Source: Treponema sp.
Lineage (GTDB): Bacteria > Spirochaetota > Spirochaetia > Treponematales > Treponemataceae
DNA: 64,000 nucleotides
Direction: 5' to 3'
NCBI GenBank assembly: GCA_024696155.1
Contig: JAILHD010000035.1
Location: forward strand, 20,420 to 84,419
In this document: positions 29,901-37,417 of the stretch, in pieces
Position numbering within the stretch: the first letter of the stretch is position 1
How the letters are laid out: every line of letters starts with the position of its first letter
Notes under the pieces: model-generated
Told to the model about the DNA's origin: nothing
Databases searched by the model: none
Seen by the model: the letters and a program-made list of their open reading frames with translations, nothing else
Program-made: the position numbers and the translations under genes

Positions 29901-31559
29901 AATACCATCTCCAGTAAAATAAAGAGGGGCGTCAAGAAGTGAATCACTTGAAAGAACTTTTACAAGTACTTCAGTTGGATAAACAACCTTTGGATGTTTA
30001 ATTGTAATTACTGCAGTACCTTCTGCTTTTGGTGTAATATATGCATTTCCAAATGTATAAGTAGCGGAAACACTTCTACTACTAAATGCACTTCCATGAG
30101 GAGTTTCAAGATTTATAACATCATTTACACCATCATCTGGCTGCTGACTTACAGTCCAAGTAAAGCCATTTTCATCCCCCTCTACACCACCTTTCAAACT
30201 TACATTGAGTAAAATGGCTTCTGCTCCAACTTTGGTTCTAATATAGTTCTGGCTGGTTGTAATATATGCCGATGCGTCCACAATATTATTTGTAACCTGA
30301 CCTGTAACAATCAAAAGAACTTCTCGGCTGTAAGCAGCTCTTGGATGTGAAATAATAAGTTTTGTACTACCATTAGATTTTCCCTTAACTACTACCTGAT
30401 TTCCAACATAAGATACAATTTCCGCAACATCATAATCATCAAGTTTGTAGTCAAAATCATCAATATCAAAATCTGCTTTGTCTATATTCTGCAATGATGA
30501 AGTTATAATCTGCTGGTCAGAATCATATAATCTGACAATTGTATTATCCGGCTGAATATACACATTCTTTACTATTGTAATAACACGACAAAGAATATCT
30601 AAAGGATAAGACGCATCTGGGTGTGTTATACGAACAGCACAGCTTCCGCTTCTAATCGGTTTTATTACTGCTTTATTCCCATTATATTGAATCTGAATTG
30701 GAACCTCGGAATCATCTTCATTTACAATTTTCCAAGAAAAATTTGAATCAAGAGAAGTTTCTTTTCCATTTACAAGCGATACGGAAACAGTTTGTTCACT
30801 ATCATCTTGATTCATTGTTAAAATGTTATTGCCAGTAGTGATATAGGAAACATTTGTTGCATCTGCAAAAACATAAACACCAATATAATAAGGGTATGCA
30901 GCTTTTTTATGAGTTACTTTAATTCTTGCATATCCCGATTCTTTAGCTGTAATTAAACAATACTGACCTGTTGGCTGAATACTTGCAACAGAAACATTAT
31001 CAATTGTCCATGTATAGCCATCAATATCACTTACATCGCCACCGTAAAGGGAAACATATACTTTTTCAGTAATGCCCGGAGATGTCTGTAATATAGTTGT
31101 ATTTGAATAAATATATGGCTCTGTTGTTGTCTCATAACTTGATTCATATCCAGTAACCGTAATTACACATGTAGCATCATATCCTTGACAAGAACATCTG
31201 AGATATGTCTGCCCTTCCTTTATACCTTTAACAGTTACACCCCAATTTGAAGATGTATCACACTCAATTATTGATTTATCATAAGTCCAAGTCAAAGAAA
31301 CATCTTTCTGTACTGTTTGTGGTCTTACATTAACAGCAATATAGTCCAATGTTCCAACCTTTAAAGACATTGTTGTTTTTGCAAGTGATAATGAATTAAT
31401 AGCTAATTCATTTTTTGGTTTACTACTATTATTAATTTTATCTTCATCATTCTCAGCATCAAAGCTGCTAATCAAACTGCAAGATATTATGCATAAAAGC
31501 ATTGAAAAAAACAGAATGACCGACAGGTGTCGGTTATTTACTTTTTGTTTGGACTTCAT
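20946..31559 (-). CDS. Giant (3,537 aa) Ig-like (Big_2-type) repeat surface lipoprotein, putative adhesin
   Basis: Lipobox IISC; many W.S.(D/N).S(I/V)A.V...G.T.IT repeats; starts 15 nt after the virB10 stop on the same strand. Confidence 0.85.
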   Translation of the reverse strand: MKSKQKVNNRHLSVILFFSMLLCIISCSLISSFDAENDEDKINNSSKPKNELAINSLSLAKTTMSLKVGTLDYIAVNVRPQTVQKDVSLTWTYDKSIIECDTSSNWGVTVKGIKEGQTYLRCSCQGYDATCVITVTGYESSYETTTEPYIYSNTTILQTSPGITEKVYVSLYGGDVSDIDGYTWTIDNVSVASIQPTGQYCLITAKESGYARIKVTHKKAAYPYYIGVYVFADATNVSYITTGNNILTMNQDDSEQTVSVSLVNGKETSLDSNFSWKIVNEDDSEVPIQIQYNGNKAVIKPIRSGSCAVRITHPDASYPLDILCRVITIVKNVYIQPDNTIVRLYDSDQQIITSSLQNIDKADFDIDDFDYKLDDYDVAEIVSYVGNQVVVKGKSNGSTKLIISHPRAAYSREVLLIVTGQVTNNIVDASAYITTSQNYIRTKVGAEAILLNVSLKGGVEGDENGFTWTVSQQPDDGVNDVINLETPHGSAFSSRSVSATYTFGNAYITPKAEGTAVITIKHPKVVYPTEVLVKVLSSDSLLDAPLYFTGDGILKILNGQSKEYTVQLRGTSKSLSDDSSIKWSVDDSRLSVIGNGNIATVNAPAYGTGCTISHITAKHKKADSDKTVLVMTADDEETLNNMKALYADKLYYNFNVDDEIFVTCNHVGFDTESKTTNEAGEEITTYTKFDFSQFKWTVADPSIINVTVNNTSYPLNCVVKGLKSGKTKLIGSISVDGTEYSCEFTMTVYPRGTVKAEPEVYLTTTQNVINLKEKKSSNVSVSAINLPSSEYSNIAWVSGNEGVAKIISNGTSATIVAVSEGETVIKVSHPDSQNTLKIYVRVGSEFVDGSKASTSGAYIKSDDVVTLIVGAEDKKISAAIMNWNAQSNSGFTFKSNNESVAKISSQSKNGVAFISAVSKGYTEIEISHAASKLNKSVLVVVGYTQQEIDNILNEKVYFTTTDNTINFDNVNMSTTIDIKPYNLKTSEYSKISWNSADESVARVFSNGTKATVYSLKKGKTTITASYPGSLNSITFYVFVNAEDVLAEKSGVVYISAPDVISILQDDSSQKIQATLVNYTGVDSSGFAFKSKNESIAKVSSQTKNGIAYISPVNKGYTEIEITHPACKVSKSVLVVVGYTIQEIDSILNENVYLTSTKNTVTFDRVNKLSVVNIKANNLDSSKYYKIDWKSADESVAKVMGNGISASIYSVKKGKTTITASYPGSLNSITFYVFVDTEDIIPVNDDNNSSSGDSGTGSGSGNGGGNAGGSGSNITVPEKESVVYISATDVLSLQTGDSAQQLKAKLVNFTGADSSGFSFKSKNESIAKVESQSKNGVAYISPVSKGYTEIEISHTASKVSKTVLVVVGNTIQESNNTLREKIYLTTSNNTVAFDKVNKSTVVSVKTHNLEEYNYSKITWKSADESIAKVMPNGSSASIYSLKKGKTTITASCPGSLNSITFYVFVDTEDVIPVNDDNNSSSGDSGTGSGSGNGGGNAGGSGSNITVPEKEGVVYISAPDVLSLQTGGFAQQLKAKLVNFTGADSSGFSFKSKNESIARVESQSKNGVAYISPVSKGYTEVEITHTASKVSKSVLVVVGYTQQEIEVILNEKVYLTTSNNTIVFDSVGKSTVVSVKAHNLSFSDNYKINWKSADESIARVISNGTSATVYSVKKGKTTITATYPGSLNSITFYVFVDTEDIIPVTDNNNSSGSGSGNNGSGSGSDSNITVPEKEGVVYISAPDVLSLQTGASAQQLKAKLVNFTVADTSGFSFKCKNESVAKIDSQSKNGVAYIAAVSKGYAEVEITHTASKVSKSVLVVVSSSIQESNATLKEKIYLSTSNNTVFFDRVNKSTVVNIKPHNLEEYYYSKISWKSADESIAKVMANGTSATIYSQKKGKTSITATYPGSLNSITFYVFVDTEDIIPVTDNNNSSGSGSGNNGSGSGSGGNNGSGNGSDSNITVPEKEGVVYISAPDVFSLQLGESAQQLKAKLVNFTGADTSGFSFKCKNESVAKISSQSTNGVAYISAVTKGYTEIDITHTAAKVSKSVLVFVGYTQQEIDAILKESVYFTTSNNTIIFDRANKSTVVTVNAHNLSSSDAYKINWKSTDESIARVMANGTSASVYSIKKGKTSITVSYPGSLNSITFYVFVNTKDIIPVDDDNNSSGSGSGININDPNNGSGGGTGSSVTVPEKEGVVYISAPDVLSLQTGTSAQQLKAKLVNFTGADTSGFSFKCKNESVAKISSQSKNGVAYIAAVSKGYTEVEITHTASKVSKSVLVVVGATTQENNSTLKEKVYLTTSNNTIAFDRINKSTVVSVKTHNLNEYNYSNVSWKSADESIARVVANGTSATVYSVKKGKTTITASYPGSLNSITFYVFVDTEDIIPAVESVVYIAAPDVISMLKDEETQKLQATLVNFTGVDSDGFDFTIDNSSVAKIYAKSSNGVAYIKPVGSGQAEITITHKKSEISKKVLVVVGNSSEELAGFTYMTTSNNVVAIGEGNTKSVSVSVKNSESIIVDGYTWTSSNPSICDVISSGTSAVLKGNKTGTAIITVTNKACKYSLKIIAQVIDPIAAAANPYIQLTSSVMTLTCGNTYTSISAELVGGTDSDKSGFIWSSNDSKIAVVYGQNEVGKVKAVSAGTTYITVSHPKANYSAQILVVCDEEKKTDCYINVPSSIITMKPTDASQIITATLINGSTLDKYNFSWSLDVYDIIDLQYSANVCTITPKQVGTATITVKHPKAAYSQQIIVNVQQYSTFAFPSESMTVTQGDVRFISMQVPSSNVTTHIEYSVENARICSVKGTKSTAQITAVGAGTTTVTAKLVASSTGVVQSKAEMMLYVQEKPVNAVYITSANTITTVNKGKSQSLYASLTGTGVIASDQYELSWTTSDSDIVQVAGIGSDGTVKGQSIYITALKAGEAVITCSHKKAASTLQFYVVVPGKGEKVITLDKSYITIMKGSSGSPLKANIENKESSADYNKIQWACVGSNGNEVCRIMGEGQNVTIYPINVGTATVTAQLTDNGSIARCNVVVEAGKKLTFESTKKTIAPKRTVTCKYTVSPPDAILNWSMAQDKDYFTFADNGCDENGFGTVDIIGNDEGLTGKGVLTCVTDGGAKATITVEVAFDYKLKLNGSTSFTITPDETKTFNYTVEPTDALITIDNSESGEYFDYDIVETDKGTGRIIIKPVKETPKDGIKIKILGKDPAFKNVTFEEKEITAKFKYKNHLTPKVEFVNANGKWSRISNVDDENIFVIGDGENMYFKVTFLEKNADFEFDKIVFSSIVGDIPIEKNLIKGSSEDKTQMFTLVHTQDVIEKVYEIKKLFVPANKNLNWKNGSWYLQTENRPETWGRKGYQDIDKLFFQLTGPGDWYQFLWYEGKDGKQQAPENRDKVEHWVIDLVEDTSMRGVQMSEREFKNYAWLYCPGTPEASFNGTYRTNYKITYDDIVEGNFGTYKNGYYGSALGDDPLLLYVEPYIWKEHVQFDKDINSRDTSLRSGSSEVGYLTLVYKHNGEEVKECIGKVFLELRNCPKDYRP
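24390..28995 (-). repeat. Seven tandem intragenic repeat units (~580-700 bp each, two Ig domains, most joined by Gly/Ser/Asn linkers)
   Basis: Units start with (G/S)VVYISAPDV-like peptides near 28990, 28410, 27720, 27030, 26360, 25660 and 24975; near-identical DNA blocks occur at ~27040-27240 and ~27730-27930. Confidence 0.9.
31519..31534. repeat. 16-bp palindrome variant ACCGACAGGTGTCGGT inside the adhesin signal-peptide codons
   Basis: Both 7-bp arms are perfect; central dinucleotide is GG. Confidence 0.8.
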
Positions 31560-31574
31560 ATTAAGTGCCTCCTT

Positions 31575-32981
31575 TTAGCGTGTCCTTACATATTTTCTAG
31601 TTACTTGATTTATTTGAACTGGTGGGAGTTCAAGCGGAACATTCGTAATCAGCTTGATCTCGGTACCAGCTTTTATCGAAATTGTTGGTTTTATATCCAA
31701 AGCTCTGTCAATAATTTTGTTACCAATTTTTGCGGTTTCTCTATACATATCTGACATTGCATTTTGTAAATACTGATTATTTGTTGTTTTAATATCATTC
31801 ATTGCTTCAGTCTGAATCATCGAATAAATACCAACCATACCAAGAGCTTTTAATGTTTCAAATGGATGATTTGTTACTCGACCTTTATAACCACTTACAC
31901 CCTGTGCATTTACGCCATTCATATTGCCAAGTGTGCATCTGTAACCATCTGGTCTTATAAGTAAATTCCATGCAACCTGTACTTTATTCTGTCCATAGCT
32001 AATGGATGAATTATAAGTTGCATAAAGCAAAGAGCCTTCTGGAATTAAAAGGAAAGAATGGTCATAAGATGAATAAACATTTTCTGTTACACGGGCAATT
32101 ACAACTCCAGGATTATCAGTATTAATTGCAGTAACCAAAGCACCGCTTATAATTGTTCCATCCCACAACGAGTTATACGGCATGAACTGTCCGCTGCCAC
32201 CAGCACCATTGCCATTAGAATAAAACTGCTCTTTATTCTGCTGATAAGCGGCAGCAATTCTAGCACTATCATTGCTGTAAGCACCAACCCCACCACCAGA
32301 GCCATACATCTGATTCTGCAAATCTTTTGTCTGTTTCATCATTTGAGCAATGTATTCTTCTTTAGTTAATCTCTGCCCGCCATTTTGAGCAGACGGATAA
32401 TTGCCATTAAGCACAGAATTTACAGTATTTTGATTAGAACTTGGATTTCCCTGTCCTTTTAATCCATCTATTCTACGAGGTGATTTTGAATTTGGATTTC
32501 TTGTTTCTCGACTACTACTAGAACCAACAGGACTTACTGGAGCTGGAGCTGGATTTGCTTGCGGCTGTAAGTTTGTTGGCAGAGAATTTAAAATATTATC
32601 AATATTTTCCTCTGTTACTTCTTCCTTATCAGTTTCCTCTTTTTCTTTAATTTCCTCTACAACAGGATATTTTTCTTTGAATTCAACCTCATATTTTGTT
32701 CCAGCTTTATCAAGTTCTTTTTGAACAACTTTCTTTTTACTTTTCCTACTCCCAACCACCATTACAATCATAATGATTACTACGATTACTAAAAAAATTA
32801 CACCAAAAGCCGTTCCTGCATTAAACTCTCTGGCTTCATTTTCATCTGTTTCAGGGGGTAAGAGTTCTTCTTCCTCATTATTAATTTCATCAAGCAAATT
32901 AACAGGTTTTGTTTCTAGTGTTGTATCACTATCAAACAAATCAGCAGACTGTTCCTGCCCTCTATTTTCATTATTCTCCAT
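31575..32981 (-). CDS. trbI: T4SS VirB10/TrbI
   Basis: Single TM, Pro-rich linker, GT.I...L.TAINTD.PG, IP.GS.L, W..LIRPDG, I.PTI.I..G. Confidence 0.92.
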   Translation of the reverse strand: MENNENRGQEQSADLFDSDTTLETKPVNLLDEINNEEEELLPPETDENEAREFNAGTAFGVIFLVIVVIIMIVMVVGSRKSKKKVVQKELDKAGTKYEVEFKEKYPVVEEIKEKEETDKEEVTEENIDNILNSLPTNLQPQANPAPAPVSPVGSSSSRETRNPNSKSPRRIDGLKGQGNPSSNQNTVNSVLNGNYPSAQNGGQRLTKEEYIAQMMKQTKDLQNQMYGSGGGVGAYSNDSARIAAAYQQNKEQFYSNGNGAGGSGQFMPYNSLWDGTIISGALVTAINTDNPGVVIARVTENVYSSYDHSFLLIPEGSLLYATYNSSISYGQNKVQVAWNLLIRPDGYRCTLGNMNGVNAQGVSGYKGRVTNHPFETLKALGMVGIYSMIQTEAMNDIKTTNNQYLQNAMSDMYRETAKIGNKIIDRALDIKPTISIKAGTEIKLITNVPLELPPVQINQVTRKYVRTR

Positions 32982-34062
32982 CAGTATTATTAACTCCCGA
33001 AGCAGATTCAGTTTCTTTCTGTATTTTATTTGCTTTAATACGTCCTACTTTTTTCTTTGTTACTGTTACCTTTGCTTTTCCAAGTCTTAATGTAACTTTA
33101 TTAACAAGTCTAGGAATAACAAATACATTTTTCTTAATGCTGTAATTTACAATCTCATTTCTTTCATTAAAAATTAAAGGGAGTTTTTTCTGTAAAACAA
33201 TGTCGTCAACCTGTATATAAGTTGTTGCTCCATCATCGTATACACGTCTTGGTAAAAACTCAGGTTTACGCCATGTTGAATATCTTATTTTGTAATCAAA
33301 AGAAAGAAATTCTGGATTTGTTATTCTTATATAATCATTTTCAATTTCCACAGCTTTATCATGTTCTACTTTTTTCTTTGCCCATTGATTACGGCTATTA
33401 GGATAATTGAAACGAACCATAGACATATAAGTTGAGTTATAAGACTTAAGTCTAAAGTGATAAACTCTGCGGTCTGTAATAATGACTAAAGAGGAATCCA
33501 GTTTTGTGGAAGCAGGTTTAATAAATAGATGTTGAATATCTTCACCAGTAATTGGGTCTTTGGCAACGCCTGCAGTAAGCTCCCATGTTGTTTCATCATC
33601 CGACAAAAGTGGAGTACTTATTACAACCTCCCCTGCCTCCAGAATAATGTCTGTAAGGTGATACGGCTGCCCATAAACCTCATATACAAGATTTTCGTTG
33701 TACTGATAATAAAATGTTCCATCTTTATAGTTTTCTGGAAGAATAGTTGCTTTTTTCTGGCTTTTTACAACAGCGTCAAAACCTGTTTCATTTCCTCGTT
33801 CTGTACTAGGATTTGGTTTCTCAACAGGAATATAAACTGGTCTATCAATATAAACAATTTCTTTTTCATGCTCCTGAGAATCCAAAACATAAATGTTATT
33901 ATTATATTCGTGTTCTTTCTGTTTATCTTTCTTTTCAACTTCACGGCTTACCTGTTTTTTATAATCCTTTTCCAAGTCTTTAGTTGTAGCACAAGCCGAC
34001 AAAAGCATTAAACCAGAGCAAATACCTAACATCTGGCAGCTGATATTTTTAATTTTATACAT
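32971..34062 (-). CDS. trbG: T4SS VirB9/TrbG (lipoprotein-type signal)
   Basis: TDI.L..GE, HLFIKP, L.I.TDRR.Y, P.RVYDDG..TYI motifs; lipobox LSAC. Confidence 0.9.
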   Translation of the reverse strand: MYKIKNISCQMLGICSGLMLLSACATTKDLEKDYKKQVSREVEKKDKQKEHEYNNNIYVLDSQEHEKEIVYIDRPVYIPVEKPNPSTERGNETGFDAVVKSQKKATILPENYKDGTFYYQYNENLVYEVYGQPYHLTDIILEAGEVVISTPLLSDDETTWELTAGVAKDPITGEDIQHLFIKPASTKLDSSLVIITDRRVYHFRLKSYNSTYMSMVRFNYPNSRNQWAKKKVEHDKAVEIENDYIRITNPEFLSFDYKIRYSTWRKPEFLPRRVYDDGATTYIQVDDIVLQKKLPLIFNERNEIVNYSIKKNVFVIPRLVNKVTLRLGKAKVTVTKKKVGRIKANKIQKETESASGVNNTDGE

Positions 34063-34074
34063 TTTAATTTCTCC

Positions 34075-34788
34075 TTATTTATAAATTTCCTTAAAATCAA
34101 AAGCTGTAATATACACACCAAGAGGATTTTCTTTTATATCATCATTACTTGGTTTTAAGACTTTTACACTTACAACAGCTCTGTAAGTTTTACTTTCGCT
34201 AATTGTTCCAGTAAGTAATCTTGTTACAACCTTAAAATCTAATTGATATGTATCTTTAGATAACTGCAATGGCTCAGTTTCAAAAATAACTTCACGGGTG
34301 CGAGTTCCAAAATCCTCGAAAGGTTTTTCTTCTTTTATGCGTAATGAATATTTTGATGCTGTTGTAGAAGTCAAAAGATGATAGGTATTACTAAGTGATT
34401 TTTGCATTACAATTTTATCAGTAGAAAGTGTATAAGCATAATTCACAAACTTTTTAACCTGTGCTTGAATTGCAATTTCAGGAACAACAAAATTCTGAAA
34501 ATTTCTTCTTGAAACTGCTCCTACATAATTCGTTTCTCCGAAATCATTCATTGTAACTAGAACAGGAATAGTTTCTGGAAGTGTAATTGCGAAAAGAGAA
34601 ATACCAATTGAAAGAAAAAAAGAAAGACAAGCAATAACAACAACATATCTCAAAATGCGGTTTTCTTTCATGACTTGACCGCAGATGAAATCAAAGTGCT
34701 GCAATTGCAATGCGTTTACTTCGTTAATTTTAGTTGAATTGAACGGAGTTGTTGGTTCACCTTGTGGGTAAAAACTTTTTGTACTCAT
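34075..34788 (-). CDS. trbF: T4SS VirB8/TrbF
   Basis: Single TM, P.LV....G, C-terminal NPLGVYITAF. Confidence 0.88.
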   Translation of the reverse strand: MSTKSFYPQGEPTTPFNSTKINEVNALQLQHFDFICGQVMKENRILRYVVVIACLSFFLSIGISLFAITLPETIPVLVTMNDFGETNYVGAVSRRNFQNFVVPEIAIQAQVKKFVNYAYTLSTDKIVMQKSLSNTYHLLTSTTASKYSLRIKEEKPFEDFGTRTREVIFETEPLQLSKDTYQLDFKVVTRLLTGTISESKTYRAVVSVKVLKPSNDDIKENPLGVYITAFDFKEIYK

Positions 34789-34807
34789 TTGTATCTCCAG
34801 AAAAAAC

Positions 34808-34817
34808 GGTGGGCAGA
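34808..34817 (-). promoter_or_regulatory. TCTGCCCACC box upstream of virB8
   Basis: Identical to the boxes upstream of virD4 and topB. Confidence 0.6.
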
Positions 34818-34903
34818 GATACGTGTTATAGATTACAAGTTATAGATTTTTTAGTCAATATTACAGTTTATACATCATATTACTTTTGATACATAAAAGA
34901 TAA

Positions 34904-35185
34904 TTAATCCAAAAACTGTCTGACAATTTCTATTTTAAACCAATCAAAATATGGAATAATCGTAATGCTAAATTGTTCACCGCTTCTATCTTCTAATTTC
35001 AAATCTCTTGTACGATAAGAAGATGAATTATCTTTAAGGAATTCTTTCAAAGTCATATCAGAAAAACACAATTTTTTCTCATCTTTTTCGACTAAAATGC
35101 CGATATTATTATAAGTAGCATTCTGTTCTCTCCAAGATACCAAAGAATTTTCTGGTAACGACTTTAAGAATTCTCCAACGGTCAT
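34904..35185 (-). CDS. Hypothetical protein
   Basis: 93-aa ORF coupled to the relaxase stop, with GGAG RBS. Confidence 0.7.
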   Translation of the reverse strand: MTVGEFLKSLPENSLVSWREQNATYNNIGILVEKDEKKLCFSDMTLKEFLKDNSSSYRTRDLKLEDRSGEQFSITIIPYFDWFKIEIVRQFLD

Positions 35186-35188
35186 AGT

Positions 35189-36397
35189 TTACTCTCCTTG
35201 TTTCTTGATGTTCTTTCTGTACTTATGTTTCTTATCATCCTCAATAATGTAAATATCACTGGTGCGTATCTGACGGGCTAAAGCTTTCGTTCCGCCTGAG
35301 ATTGCAATTTCCTTACCAATCAAATTATCTTTTGTAAGCTGCCAGATCGGAACGTAAATATGTTTTTCTCCGTCATTTATTATTATAGCATCATTCCAAG
35401 CTTCATCTTTATCAAATGTGATAACATTTTCGCAAACACCCCTAACCGTTCCACCTGCATAAAGTTCAAGATTACCATTTGACTTTTGCCATTCATCAAA
35501 GTATGTGTTGTAGCGACCTGTTGCAACAAGAACATCTTTCCAATCGTCTTTTAGCACATATCTATCTTCATGTTTTTCTGCAAGTTTAAGTTCACTCAAA
35601 TATGCCAGGCGATTTACAAGTTCTGGCTCAAGATTTTTAATTGATATTGTTTTACCAAATGTTTCAAGAACATCATCAAGTTTAGTCCAGCGTTTTGAAT
35701 TTATCAGACCTTTTCTTGCAGCTTCTATTTCTTGCTCACTTCTCTCTCCTACCATAAGAGTTGAAATGTAAGAAAGAGTTTCTCTGAAAGTGGTTTTCAC
35801 AAGTTCTTTTTGAAAACGAACCTTTAAGCCATTCTTATCTTTTCCATTAATACATAGATGTGCGTGTCTATGCGCTGTATCATTATGAATACAACCTCGC
35901 CAGTAAAGCTGCTGCCCTGTTATTTCTTCAACTCTTTTTATAAACTGTTCAGCAAGAAGTTTCAAATCTACATTCTGATTTTCAGGCGATAAAATCCACT
36001 TATAATGATAAGCTGACATATTTTCATTGTATTCATCTTCTGGTGTTCCAAAAAGCTCCGGCTTTTCTACAACATAATCCTTATTTTCCTGCGGCATATA
36101 AGTATTCAGATATTTTTTATGTACAGTCTTAGAAGGATTGAAAGACTGTTTAAACATTACCCTCTGACGCTTTGGATTAAAAATACTGTCAGCAAAACTT
36201 CCGCCACCATCAAAATGTCCAAAGTTCTTCCAGCTTGAACTTTCATTACTGCGTTTTGTTCTTAGAGATTTCTTCATTAAATCTTCAAGAATACGCATAT
36301 CATCTTTACGAAATGGAACTTTTTTTACTTTATATAAATCTTCTTCTTTTTCTCTTGTTGGTTTATTTGAAAAAATATCTTTAATAGAATGGTTCAT
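35189..36397 (-). CDS. VirD2/MOBP-like conjugative relaxase
   Basis: RQRVMFK...YL..Y motif I, ILSPE motif II, IHNDTAHRHAHLCING HUH motif III. Confidence 0.8.
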   Translation of the reverse strand: MNHSIKDIFSNKPTREKEEDLYKVKKVPFRKDDMRILEDLMKKSLRTKRSNESSSWKNFGHFDGGGSFADSIFNPKRQRVMFKQSFNPSKTVHKKYLNTYMPQENKDYVVEKPELFGTPEDEYNENMSAYHYKWILSPENQNVDLKLLAEQFIKRVEEITGQQLYWRGCIHNDTAHRHAHLCINGKDKNGLKVRFQKELVKTTFRETLSYISTLMVGERSEQEIEAARKGLINSKRWTKLDDVLETFGKTISIKNLEPELVNRLAYLSELKLAEKHEDRYVLKDDWKDVLVATGRYNTYFDEWQKSNGNLELYAGGTVRGVCENVITFDKDEAWNDAIIINDGEKHIYVPIWQLTKDNLIGKEIAISGGTKALARQIRTSDIYIIEDDKKHKYRKNIKKQGE

Positions 36398-36409
36398 TGG
36401 TTAATTATA

Positions 36410-37234
36410 TTACCTACTCCAGTCTGAACTATTATCCTTTTTCTGATGTATAGTTTCGCTTTGAGTTGATTTTTTATATTCCTCAATTTGCTTTAATAAA
36501 TTATTCATGTGATGTTTCATCATAAAATCAATAAAAACAGTACTATCTTCATTATCCTGACTATCAGATAAAGATTTTATATACTCAACACGATTCTCTT
36601 TTTTAACAACAGAAGGGATAATATTTGCTTCATATTGAATCATGTTCATTACAAGTCTTGCCATTCTTCCGTTACCATCAGCCCAAGGATGTATGCTAAC
36701 AAGTTTGTAATGAGCTTCAAAGGATAATTCATATTTGTCTTGTAAAGACATATCATCAAGTCCTTTTCTTTCTTCATTAAGCCAATCGCAAAACTCCTGT
36801 AATTTTACAGGAACTTTTTGCCAAGCCATATAACTTTTTCCACCTCTTCCTGCACTGACATTAACAAGTCGCAGCTCACCTTTTGCTGCTGAAAAGTTTC
36901 CGGCAATAGTTTTGAATTCAGAACCAGTATTTTGCATAAGAATACCAGATAACATACACAACATTTCTACTGTGATATTTTCGTGATTCTTCGCAAATTC
37001 AAAACTCTTTTCATAAGCCTTTTTAAGGTCAAGGTTCATCATCTGTTCTTTTATAGGTTTATTAGAACCAAGGCCTTCATCAAAAAGAAGCTGATTCTCA
37101 ACTTCTGTAATTGTTGAACCTTCTATTGCAGTAGAATGTGTAATAATTGAATAAAGATAAAACTTATCGTAATCAATCTGCTGATTTATACCAAGAGAAT
37201 TATATTCTGAAATGATTTCCTCAATACTTTTCAT
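36410..37234 (-). CDS. Fic-domain protein (class II, autoinhibited)
   Basis: Catalytic HPWADGNGRMAR motif; N-terminal inhibitory STAIEG motif. Confidence 0.92.
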   Translation of the reverse strand: MKSIEEIISEYNSLGINQQIDYDKFYLYSIITHSTAIEGSTITEVENQLLFDEGLGSNKPIKEQMMNLDLKKAYEKSFEFAKNHENITVEMLCMLSGILMQNTGSEFKTIAGNFSAAKGELRLVNVSAGRGGKSYMAWQKVPVKLQEFCDWLNEERKGLDDMSLQDKYELSFEAHYKLVSIHPWADGNGRMARLVMNMIQYEANIIPSVVKKENRVEYIKSLSDSQDNEDSTVFIDFMMKHHMNNLLKQIEEYKKSTQSETIHQKKDNSSDWSR

Positions 37235-37417
37235 TTTAAATATCCTTAATGTTTTACAATACTGGATTATGCTTTTATTTTTTGATTATATCATGAATCC
37301 TTAAAATTTGTAATTTATCAATAGCTTATCGTGATAAACACCTTTTTCGCTTTCCATATTCTCCCCTTATCTCTCGACCGACAGCTGTCGGTTCTAATAA
37401 TTCTTCTCTAAACTTTC

